From Craspedostauros australis (Eukaryota): a stretch of DNA of 64,000 nt. Of the stretch, positions 35,799-46,557 are shown piece by piece (positions within the stretch are counted from its first letter, which is position 1; each line of letters starts with the position of its first letter). A program made the position numbers and the translations under genes. Location of the stretch: assembly GCA_030167865.1 (NCBI GenBank), contig JALAGF010000323.1, positions 1 to 64,000 on the forward strand. Reading direction: 5' to 3'. The notes under the pieces were generated by a model that was not told the origin of the DNA, made no database searches, and saw only the letters and a list, made by a program, of their open reading frames with translations.

Positions 35799-37342
35799 TT
35801 ACTTTACGATCGGCGTGTCATCCGTACCACCCCACTCGCTCCAACTACCGTCGTAGACGAACACATCGTCGGCATCCATGCCGCATGCCTCCAGGGCCAC
35901 CACCAATGTGCAGGCCGTGACACCGCTTCCGCATGACGCAACGATGCGTGCCGCTTTCTCCGTGTCCACGCCGCCTGCCTGCAGAATCGTCTCCAGCTCC
36001 TCCTTGGGCTTCAGCTTGTTCACATTGTCATCTTCCAGCAGATCTTTGAAGAACACATTCTTCGCACCCGGCATGTGTCCCAAACGCATGCCGGGACGCG
36101 GTTCTTCCACCTCACCCAGGAAGCGTTGAGGTGACCGCACATCGACGATCGTCATTGTGTCATCGCCGTCAATGATGCGCTTCATCTCCTCCTTGTTCAT
36201 CACATTGATGGCATCCTGCGCCTTGTACTTCGGTTGTGCCGTCAAGTCCAGATCTTTTGCATTCACGATGGGGAACGACGGTGCCGTGCCCTCCTTCTCC
36301 ACCGGTCCGCCGGCATCGATCCAATCCGCGATGGAGCCTTGCAGCACGGAAATGGAATCGCGGGCGTGGCCCATGTTGCGCATCTGGAACCACGCGCGGT
36401 GAAAGAACATCTGCCGAGCGCAATGGCAGAGTTCGTGAGGTGTGGTGTGGTGTGTGATTACGATTGTTGAATACGTGAGGTAGGACAGGATACCATGTGG
36501 TAAAGTATTACCATGTATAATGGAATACCATAGAATGGAGTGTCGCGTGGATAGTGAAGATCGTATGGTAGAATACATGGAATAGATAAAGTATTCGAGT
36601 CAAAAAATGAACGCGTTCATTGGAACCATTCTCAAGTTTGTACTGTATGAAGCATGGTGCATTGTACTCGACGCATCTCTGGGATGTGAAGAGTGATTGA
36701 ACGTCAACGCAAAGCGCACTTCGAGCACCCTGGACAGTGTCATAGCCGCTGTTCAACTACTGGCACCTCTCCCGACGTCATGATAGAAACAGATCGAGGA
36801 CATCATCCTTTGGTACGTCCGCACAAGCAGAACAAGACAAGAGCAACCAAACGGGATGGCATCCTTACACAGTCCTTCGTCCCGTACACGACGATGTGAT
36901 CATCGTTTGCGATCTGCATGGCATCCATCGCGGCAGCGAACAATGCCCTGGACGGCATCATGTGCGGCAAATTCGTTCCAGCCGTCGTCGCAATGTCATC
37001 AATGTCAAAGAATCGTGCACCGGCGATGCGTGGGCCTTGCTCGAATTCCTCTCGGCCGTTGCGAGATGGCGGCAAGAACCAGCTGCCGTCCACGAACTTA
37101 ATCGATTCGTTGGGAGATGCCGCGATGGCATCCTTGACGGAGACCAGCAGTTGTCCTGTCAATCCGGCGGATACAGAATCGGATGCTGACATGAATCGTG
37201 TCTGTGTTGCTGATGTTCTGGTTGTGAGCAACGATGATAAGGGCTTCCAAAGCTGGTTGCCTGCCACCGAGACTTGATGACGGCAGGGACCACTGAGCAA
37301 TGCAGTCTCAATGAACAGCGCGGTTGTCCGGTAGGGAAGCAT
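35799..37342 (-). CDS. MPST: 3-mercaptopyruvate/thiosulfate sulfurtransferase (tandem rhodanese); 2 exons (37342-36869, 36410-35799)
   Basis: 'FVDGSWFLP', 'PRIAGARFFDIDDI...LPHMMP', 'VDVRSPQRFLGEVEEPRPGMRLGHMPGA', active-site loop 'CGSGVTAC' and terminal 'YDGSWSEW'. Phase-0 intron 36411-36868. Arg/Ser/Thr-rich N-terminus suggests an organellar presequence. Confidence 0.93.
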
Positions 37343-37682
37343 GGTTGATGCGTGTTGCTGTTGGTGTTGCTGTTGTTGGTATCAGCTGCCGCTGTTGATG
37401 GCTCTTGCACGGTCGTCGGTGGCGTTGATCACAAGGCTGGAGTAGCTCGTACCTTCTGGAGGGTACGATGGATGTTCTGTGTGGACGATCTCCATTCTGT
37501 GGGGATCTCGCGAATGACTTTTTTTCTATTTTTCGAGACTGTTCTTCGTCAGATCCGCTCAAGAAACGACATGATGATTTGCGTGTTCTGTGGTTCTTGG
37601 TGCCACAGTTCGTGGTGTGTGCAACTGTACAGTGAGTTATGGGTCTAGTATTCGTGACCGGTTCGTGACTAACATAGTCCCG

Positions 37683-38897
37683 TCAATCACCACATTCGTG
37701 ACTCAAACTCCAACCTCGCTTTCGTCTGACCCGGATGTGGACCACCAGATCGCCATGGTCCATCTCGTCCGCGGTCTGAACTGCCTTTGCATTGCGGATC
37801 GGCCATCCCTTTCCTTTGATTCTTAGATCGGTCCCTTGTGAAGGATCCTTGATGGAATTGATCCTGATCTTAATCACCTTCGAATCCAGGGTCTTGATGT
37901 CGATGTTGCAGCCGTTCTTGGCGTCTTCGGTGGATATCGTGACCGTGGTGTGCAAGTCGTTGTGAACCCTCTGGTATCTCGGGTGGCGCTTCTCCTGCAA
38001 CTCGAACACGACCTCGGGCTGATCATACGAATTCGAGGCGTACTTGAGTTTGGTCTTGCCGCCCTTGTACCCAGGTTGCAAGTTCAGTTGGAATGTAGTT
38101 GTTGCCGGTTTCGGCAACGCCCAGTGGAAGATTGCGGAGGCAACGACGAGCGCCAAGGTTCTGCTCGTTCGGAGCAGTGGGAGGGAGTAGATGAAGGCCT
38201 GGTACAAGTTGATGTAAAAGGCGCCGCCACGGATTGCAGCACAGTTGCGCGTCCACAGGTTGCTCCGAACCTTGACTTCCACGCCCTGAGAGCCATTGTA
38301 CAGATCCTCCAACGGCACCTTCACCTTCTGGACGAAGACGGACTTGAAGGTCCCCAAACCCATGCGCTGGAAGGTGTTGGCGAAGGTGGCTGATGTCGGT
38401 ATGTTGGTGGAGAAGGTGGTGCCTGAGGATCCATATCTAGGACCAAAGGCGCCTCCGCCCGCTCTCATGCTGGCCTGGAATGCGCGCAAAAACTCATCGG
38501 CGAGCTGATCCGCTCCGCCGCCGTAGCCGGATGATGAAGCAGGGGCAGAACGACCATGCCCGCTCCATGAATATGGCGTCGGCGTTCCTATCCTGTTGTA
38601 CCGGCATCGTGACTGTTCGTCGCCGATCAACGAATTGGCTTCCTGAACCAGTTTGAAGATGGTCTCGCATTTCTTGCGCTCGGCCTCTGGCTTCGATCCG
38701 TTCTTGTCGGGATGGTACTTCAAGCACATCTCTCTGTATCTCTTCTTGATTTCCGCTTGACTTGCGCTGCGTGAGACGCCGAGAATCTTGTAGGCATCGA
38801 AGCGCGTCGATGTGGCTGTGCTTGGGCGCACGCAACTAGCCAAGAGCACGAGGATGCAAGTGGTGATGAACGCAGCGCATTCTGACCGTATCCTCAT
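37683..38897 (-). CDS. DnaJ/Hsp40 (class B-like) with N-terminal signal peptide
   Basis: J-domain 'DAYKILGVSRSASQAEIKKRYREMCLKYHPDKN', G/F-rich linker and DnaJ C-terminal domain 'VPLEDLYNG...HPRYQRVHNDLHTTVTIS...LRIKGKGWP...GDLVVHI'. Confidence 0.92.
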   Translation of the reverse strand: MRIRSECAAFITTCILVLLASCVRPSTATSTRFDAYKILGVSRSASQAEIKKRYREMCLKYHPDKNGSKPEAERKKCETIFKLVQEANSLIGDEQSRCRYNRIGTPTPYSWSGHGRSAPASSSGYGGGADQLADEFLRAFQASMRAGGGAFGPRYGSSGTTFSTNIPTSATFANTFQRMGLGTFKSVFVQKVKVPLEDLYNGSQGVEVKVRSNLWTRNCAAIRGGAFYINLYQAFIYSLPLLRTSRTLALVVASAIFHWALPKPATTTFQLNLQPGYKGGKTKLKYASNSYDQPEVVFELQEKRHPRYQRVHNDLHTTVTISTEDAKNGCNIDIKTLDSKVIKIRINSIKDPSQGTDLRIKGKGWPIRNAKAVQTADEMDHGDLVVHIRVRRKRGWSLSHECGD

Positions 38898-39835
38898 CGT
38901 GTTGGCTCTCTTCAGAGAAGTATGATACTGTTATATGTGATATATAATATAATATAATATTATATTATGTATTGGTTCTGAAGGATCTCCGTATGATTGC
39001 AAGTGCGCCTTTGTCTGGCGTCTTGGGACCCTTGAATGGTTGGCGGGACGAGTGGTTGTGTGTGCTCGTCGACAGAAGGATGGGTGGATGGGTTGGTGGA
39101 CAAGTTTGTGTGGGAATTGTGTGGTTCCCATCTCGGCTGTTGACACAAGGTTGGTTTTGGTTGTGTGTGTAGCCGCGACTGTGTTTGTTTTGTTGTGGAA
39201 CCACCGTGACGGATCGTGTCGAGATAATTTTCTCCTCCGCCAGATAGTCGTAGCCTTTCTGTCCAGAATAGTCTGAGATAGGCTACGTTTCCTCTACTCG
39301 TGTCGGCGAACAGGCCAACTTCACGTTCCTGTTCATGGTGCTTGATCTTCCCGATACTCGTACCATACTATACGACTCAAAGAGAAGCGACGACTTCTGC
39401 CGAGCGGCATCAACTCCAGCACAAGATTTCACACAAAAGAAGCAGAGCTGAATTGAATTGAATTAATGTAGCGTCGGCTATCTTCATTATAATATAGGTC
39501 ATTTGTTGGCTTGTTGGGTTTGTGTCCTCACTGTACTTCGCTTTCATTTCGTGAGCTCATCAAGCCGTGCCTGGTGCGAGGTCCATATAATACATAGCAA
39601 GTCTGCGACCTTCCATAGAACAGTTGCCAGAGATGGTGCATCTCCTCTCTTTCCCCAGGGATGCACACGTCGGAGCAACGCGGCTCTCCACTCCTCGCCG
39701 AGAACCCAAAACCCAGACGGAATACTCGCAGAGTACTCTCCAGAGAGAGCTACCTCATTTGTCTGGTGTCTCATCGTCGCATGGGTTTTTGGATAGCGCA
39801 CATCGCATTCGCGTATGCATAGGCGGGGGAGGGAT

Positions 39836-41620
39836 CTACACCACTGCGAGTGATGGACCGGCCGTGGAAGCATCCGCGAAGCTACTGTTGACTGGCGCCC
39901 GGGCCTTGACGAAATGCCGAAGAGCGATGGCGACGATCACGGCGCCTGCAGCTGCAGATACGACGGCGATGACGGCCGAGCTCGATGTCGTGGAACCGTC
40001 TGTGGACCGCGTAGCTGTGGCGGGGCCACCCTGGCTTCTTTGCTGGTAGAATCGAATATCCGTGACCCCAAGAGCTTCAGCCGTTGTGTAAAACTGCGTG
40101 TCTGTTTCGGTGACGGTTTCGGTTGCCCCGGTCACCTGGACGGCACTGTCGGTGTTGAATGCGCCGTAGACGGCGACGCTTGTCTTGACGACGTCGCACA
40201 GAGTAGCAGTGGTCGACTGTGGCGTGCATTGGACTGTGGAACACGTACGATAGCATTTACATCGGTGTGTCCGTGGAAGTGCGTGCAAGTGCGTAGAAAA
40301 GTGTTCGTACGGCGCGAGCGCACGAAGGCGCAAAGATCGGTAGGTGCCGACAGATGGATGAAGCAACATATTTGAGACGCGAGCAACATTTGGTGGGCAC
40401 AGTGGTCAAGGTACTCCAAGCACCATAGTGAAGCACAAGCGCACATACATACGAACGTGTGCGTGTGTATTGGTACTCATCAATCAACAGCTCCCCATCC
40501 CCCTGCATACGCATACGTACCGCTTGCATCTCTCTCCATGGAAACATCGCCGATCTTAAAGTCGGCATCACCTTGCAACCGTCGGACGGTCGATGTCGAT
40601 ATACCATCGCAGGCTGGCAACTGCTGTGCCAAGGAGTTGCGAAGGATTGAAGCCAGGGCTTCTGGCTCCCAGTTCGAAACGAATGCATCCACCTCCAGCA
40701 GAAGCTCGACGTTTCCGCCAGGCTGCAACGATCCACAGAACGGCGCCGTCGCATTCGAGTTATCGGTTGGTGGGTTGGTTGGGAATGTGACCAAATCATC
40801 AGAGTTGTGGCGGCTGTCTGCATCTGATTCTGTTGGCGTTGAAGTTGGGGAGTCGGTGGGTATAGAAGTCGGACTAGCCGTAGCATCTGTGGTTGGCGAG
40901 AGCGTTGCTGTTGGCATGGAAGTTGGTTGCTCTGTTGCTTCCTCTGTTGCTTGCGCCGTGGTTGGAGATGCTGTTGTCACTGGTTGGCCTGGGTCCACAG
41001 GGTTTGGGAATGACATGCTCATGCTCATTGACATCGATACCATCTGGAGTTCTCGAATCGCGAAGCTGTGGACCGGTGCAGGGTGCAAGATGGAAAGAGG
41101 GGAGCGTAAAAGGCAGAGCGCAGAGCGCCGACCTGTCAAAGTTAGAAGACATCTGATGGCGGAACGAAAGCATGAAGAGTTCATGGCATGGCGACGGCTT
41201 ATGTGGAGGCGAGTTGTGTATATCATCGTTCTTTATGCAGCGCTTCTGCCGATGCTGTTGCCGACGCTGTTGCCGCTGCTGCCACAACCAACGGTTTCTA
41301 CCTCGTTATTGCTGTCTCAATCATTGAGATCCTCTCGGTCAGTGGCGCACAATCATCATCATCATCATGCTTATCGTAGTAGTTCTCATCGTGATGCCGT
41401 AATGGTCAACTTACAATTCATCTTCTCGAAGCAGGTCGTCGATGTTGCTGAAGCGACCAAACTCGCTCTGCTGTGTCTCTCTGTGTACAAGCGCGCCATT
41501 TCTCTTCTTGCGGGTACTGCTGGATGTGGTTGACGATGTAGCAGCAGCTATGTTGGAGTGGAGATGAGCTGCCAGCAAAAGCGCGATGCTGGCGTTTTGG
41601 ATTTTTGAAATGCGTCTCAT
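39836..41620 (-). CDS. Secreted-pathway type-I membrane protein (~382 aa) with RxL motifs, SMSMS tract and Pro/Thr/Ser mucin-like stalk; 3 exons (41620-41415, 41065-40521, 40233-39836)
   Basis: Introns 41066-41414 (GTAAGT...CAG, phase 2) and 40234-40520 (GTACGT...CAG, phase 1) give a continuous frame: signal peptide, 'LLREDEFFAIRELQMVSMSMSMSMS', 'PTxSPT' repeats, Cys-containing domain with 'RRLQ', TM 'AVIAVVSAAAGAVIVAIAL' and a short tail. Confidence 0.75.
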
Positions 41621-44181
41621 GTTTAGTGGCGGGATGATGGTGCTGGTGTGGTTGGAGCGCTGTGTTGTGTTGTGTTGTTCCGTGTGACGATGTGTTCGGT
41701 GAGTGCTGTGAGTGAGCGTTTGCTCTGTGCCGTAATGTATTATGTCGTGTTGGTTGTGCGTGTGTATAAGACGGGATTGTGTCTGGAAGCGTTTCGGTGT
41801 TGACGGTGTGCGGATGTGAATGTGGATGGGAGTAACCAAGACGGAAGGCGATTGCGATTTTATGAAGAGAGCTGGAGCTTGGCGGACAAGGCCGATTCTG
41901 ACGGTGAAAGTGAAGGTGATGGTGATGGTGATGGCGATGACGATGACGATACCACTGTTGATGTACGAGCAGAAACTGGACTTGCAAGTGGAAGTGGAAG
42001 TGGAGATGCGGTTGTCGAGGCTGGTTGTGATGATCTTGGCATGTCCACGATGGCTGCATGGTACTGCTCCTACCAAGCGTCTGCGCTCTGGCGTGCATCG
42101 GCTTGAACTTTTCAAAGTTCATTTGCTTGAGTGTGGTTCACACGGGGCACCCTCGCCGTGCCGGCTGACTGTTGCGTTTCGTTTGCCACCGTGCATGTGG
42201 GATACGCACTTCTCTTTGATGCCGTCTCCACGTTACTCGAGGACAGTATGCCAAACTTTTCGATGTTGTTGACCTCGATCGCCCTTGGCGGAAGTGGCAA
42301 GGATCCCGAATTTTTCGTTGGACACAAAACGGTAAGATTGTTGTCGTTCCCCCCTTCGATCCGCCAAAACGGTGTTTCCGTGGGTAACGGCTCTGTGAGC
42401 AAAACAACCTCCTCGGATTCTCGTGTCGCACTCGTGTCGTCCGATCCCATGTGTGAAAGAGTCTTGCACAGTGGCACATAGGAGTCACGACTAACGAAGC
42501 GACACATTTTCGAGTCGGCACAACACACGTTGCTCACGATTTGGTCCGTTGTTAACAAATGTCGTTATCGTGGGAGGACTGGCAACGGTCTGCATTGTCG
42601 CCACACATGCGAAATCCATGTGTTGCTTCCGTGAAGCATCCTTCCATCGTTTCGTGTTCGCCGCGACTTCGACTTTGGCTTCATTTCGTGTGCTACTCCC
42701 ACCATGCACTTATTATTCGCATGCCACAGTTGCGAGCACGAGTGCAATTGCGATTGGATTGCGATTACTCCACACATGCAGGCATTCGTGCCCGTACGCG
42801 CGAAGATGTTATCATTCACACATGAGCAATTCTGTCTCGTGGCACTAAATTGTCTGATTTACCATACGATTGGCAAACCGTGGAGACGCCTTCGCCTCGA
42901 CTCGTGTTCGTACCATACGCATCCCACAAGGGTTGCTCCCGTGGACATCATCGTCCCCACCAAAGTACGGGCATCATACGGCGCGCAAGATAACAATGCA
43001 AATACAGCAACGAGGGTGAGAGAGACCACGATTATGAGCACCTACGATCACGATTTGGGTGTCCGATGATGACCGCAACGACACAAATTCGGGCAACCAC
43101 CCCAATAGCAACAACAGGCAAATCATTCCCAGGCATCCGAGTTGCAAAGTTCGTTGATGAGGAGTTGCTTTCGTGGATGTAACATTTCCAACATTCCCAA
43201 CATGCACGAACAATAGCTCGTACGACACACACAAGACCAACCGGAGTTAATTTGTATCTTGCTTGAAGTACGAGTACTCGACTCGTACACGTATGGTACA
43301 CATCATATCTATTACCATACCCGTATCTTGCCGTTCTCACAAGCTTCGTGATGATTTCTCGGTGGGAGTCAATGAACTACGAGTAGTCACAGAGAGTACA
43401 CGAATGATCCAACCCCACCACGTTTGATGACTCCCACAATCAGCAGAAACTCATCATTGGCATCGCTTCGTGGTCCGTGCAGATATTTGTGTGTCTCGTG
43501 TGTCTCGTGTGTCTGTGTTGTGGGAACAACAGTGCTTTGGTGGGACGGGCTGGACGTGAATTCGTCCTCCAGACTGCACACGAGTAGTACTCGATTGTAT
43601 GGTACTGTTCGGCCTTTCGTTTACGGGTTTGACGGAGACATCTGCCATGCATGTACCAGTATGCGCCATACTCGTCCGAGTGTTCGTGGTAGAACGAGTA
43701 TGATTCCTCTCCTTCCTTCATGTTAGAGCGCAGCATCTTGTCAGAGTGGGTAGCGGGTTTCTGTCGTTTGTTGTTGTTGTTGGTGGTAGTGGTGTTGTTG
43801 TGTTTGATGGATCGGCGCCGATTCTCCCAGCGAAGAACACGGACATTGTGACTATCAGCATTTTGACTCACTCGAGCAAATCGCAGAATCGTCGTGGTTG
43901 TCTTTGTGACTTCTTCCGCCATTTCGATGTGCGCAAACAGAATCGGTGCGTGGCACATTGCGCATGTCTCAAGGAAGGCAGCGACTCTCTGGGAACTGAC
44001 ATGATCATGTGATGACTGACAATCACAAGCGCACTGGTGCGCGTACGATCTACTCATACTCGCACCCGTAGTCGTCGTTGAACCTGGACTTGGAGAGGTT
44101 GGCGATCCTTCATGTACAGCGCGGCAGAGGAGAGGACGCTGCGAGTATAATAGGCGTCATCTCATCCCACACTGAACAGGG

Positions 44182-45762
44182 ATGCGGAAGCATGGAAGCC
44201 GACGCCCATGCTCCGTGGTCCGATCCTTCCACCTCTTGGCATTCATCGCCTGCATCCTATTCATCTGGCGCAGCTGGCTGACCGCGGCCTACTTGAGCGG
44301 CAGCGATCTCATTGGCGACGCTCCCGGCATCAGCCACGATTTCGGTCGACCAAATCTAGCGAATGAGGCGGCGACTGCCTCTCCGATATCACAGGATGCG
44401 TCACCGAACGGCTCAGCCAGAGATCCAGCTGATGATCCGCAGGCCGGGACACCTCGAAAGCATCCACACCGCGGTGCGAGATCGGCCGATGGATCTTGGG
44501 GGTACATCGCGGATGTCTACGGTGTTCGGAATGACTTCGTCCGAAGGTATCGGGAGCAGCATCCTGATCAACAAGGAGACGAAATTCCGATGAACCATCT
44601 ACCCTTTCAAGACAGTCATGAATTCGATGTCATCTGCAACACCAAGCCAAAAGAAGGACCAGAACGCAAGGCCGGTTATCGCCTGCTCTCCAGCAAGGTC
44701 ATGGTCAATACAATGTCGTCAACAAATCCAAGCCGGCTGGGAGGGCAGGCAGCAGAACCGATGGTGGAGGTGTCACAAAGCTCAGAACAGCAACAGCAGT
44801 CGCAACAGTCGCAACAGTCGCAACAGCCGCAACAGCCGCAACAGCCGCAACAGCCGCAACAACAAGAATCATCGACTTCACCTCGCATCCGCATTCTGTG
44901 CGTCATCTACACTTACGGTGGCGCCCACCATCGCCTGCGAGGCATCCGCGAGACATGGGCGTGGCGATGTGATGGATTCTTTGCAGCTTCCACCCAAACG
45001 GTCGAACATCCAACGGAGGACGGGTTCGGTGCCGTCGACCTACCTCACGTTGGCGCGGAAGAATATCAGAACATGTGGCAAAAGGTGCGCTCGATATGGT
45101 CATACGTTCACGACAACTACGTCGACGATTTCGATTACTTCTTCATTTGCGGCGATGACACGCACGTGATTGTCGAGAACTTGAGGAACTTCCTCACCTT
45201 GATGCGCCATCAACAGATGCAGCAAAATGCACAGCAGCAAGATCCGCATCAAAGCTTTGATGATATCCCATTGTACACGGGGCATTGGATACCGCGCAAG
45301 ACATCGTACTACGTGGGCGGCGGCCCGGGTTACGTGCTCAATCGAAAGACGCTCCGAGTTTTGGTGAATCAGGCATTCCCGGTGTGCAACACTCAGGTCA
45401 TTGCCGCCGCAGAAGATCGGTACATGTCCAACTGCCTGCGCAATCAGGGAATCTTTCCGAACTCTTCTATCGATGTCACCGGCGCCCAGCGATTCCATGG
45501 CATGGATGCCAACTTCGTGGCGTCTTTCAAGGGTGACCGCGGCTTCTACAAGGAGGTGTATAGCTTCTGGGCGTCGAAGGCCGGTGGGCGGTCCCTCTCC
45601 GGGTTCGACATCGTCTCGGCGCAGAGCGTCTCCTTCCATCTGCTCAAGACCGTGAAGGCGATGAAACGTCACCACGCCATCTTGTACCGCAGTTGCCCAG
45701 CAAGCACTGTACTCGGCAGTGCTTTGATGAAGAGTGATAAGAATAGAACTTTCATAGCTTAA
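44182..45762 (+). CDS. GT31/Fringe-like beta-1,3-galactosyltransferase (core-1 synthase/C1GALT1-like), type-II membrane protein
   Basis: N-terminal TM; 'RILCVIYT...IRETWAWRCDGF', 'MWQKVRSIWSYV...DFDYFFICGDDTHVIVENLRNFL', 'YVGGGPGYVLN', 'AEDRYMSNCL', 'SVSFH'. Confidence 0.9.
   Translation: MRKHGSRRPCSVVRSFHLLAFIACILFIWRSWLTAAYLSGSDLIGDAPGISHDFGRPNLANEAATASPISQDASPNGSARDPADDPQAGTPRKHPHRGARSADGSWGYIADVYGVRNDFVRRYREQHPDQQGDEIPMNHLPFQDSHEFDVICNTKPKEGPERKAGYRLLSSKVMVNTMSSTNPSRLGGQAAEPMVEVSQSSEQQQQSQQSQQSQQPQQPQQPQQPQQQESSTSPRIRILCVIYTYGGAHHRLRGIRETWAWRCDGFFAASTQTVEHPTEDGFGAVDLPHVGAEEYQNMWQKVRSIWSYVHDNYVDDFDYFFICGDDTHVIVENLRNFLTLMRHQQMQQNAQQQDPHQSFDDIPLYTGHWIPRKTSYYVGGGPGYVLNRKTLRVLVNQAFPVCNTQVIAAAEDRYMSNCLRNQGIFPNSSIDVTGAQRFHGMDANFVASFKGDRGFYKEVYSFWASKAGGRSLSGFDIVSAQSVSFHLLKTVKAMKRHHAILYRSCPASTVLGSALMKSDKNRTFIA
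44789..44866 (+). repeat. Coding 9-bp tandem repeat (cagycgcaa)n encoding QSQ/QPQ
   Basis: QQQQSQQSQQSQQPQQPQQPQQPQQQ in the GT31 stem region. Confidence 0.85.
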
Positions 45763-46557
45763 CACACATACGCCTATGTAAGTATGGTCTCTGGTGAACA
45801 GTGGCATACAGAATGGCATACAGAATGGCAGGACTGCACACAAGCCGTGTGCCTGTAGTCTCCGGTCGTGGTCTCCAGTGATCGCAGTGCGAACGCAAAG
45901 CACTTGTAGTCCCAATATGCACTCAGGTGCAATGTGCATTCAGCAGCCAGCGTATGCATGGTTGCTCTGTCCTGTCTTCAAACCATGCAACAGATGAGTG
46001 CTGGCACACACTACCATCATATAGTAAGATCGAAACAAGCACATCACAATCCACCTCTCCTGCATGGGCAGTGAGCATGAGTATCAGAGGTAGGCGGACA
46101 TGCACAATCTTGGAGACATTAACAAGAGCACCATAGGTACAGAGACAAGCCACTTACCTACCTACTCTGGGGGTACTCCAACATGACCCCAACTGAAGAT
46201 TGTATGACTCATTCGATTAAACATATCACCATCTCGTCACGGGACTCACTGTTGCATGAATGGAATGCCACAAACACCGAGACAAAAATCACAACAGGGA
46301 CAATGGTGGTGGCGTTTGCCTGATGCGAGCCACTCCACATTGCTGCGTCCAGAGACCAAGCGAAATCCGATCCGGAGTCATCACCAAGGCGCTGCTTCCC
46401 CAAGCACTCACATTCCAGCAGCATAGCATTGCGTAGCAAAGCAAAGCAGGGTGAAGCATTGTCCACTGCTATCAGAGCGATAAGCAGACAGACACGCAGT
46501 CACGTGCAGACACGCAGTCAAACACACGCACAGACAGATCACAAGGAGAAGGCAAAG

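Noticed and set aside
38930-38973. AT-rich (TATAA)n tract upstream of DnaJ
   Set aside because: Simple low-complexity repeat; cannot be assigned as a TATA box or other element.
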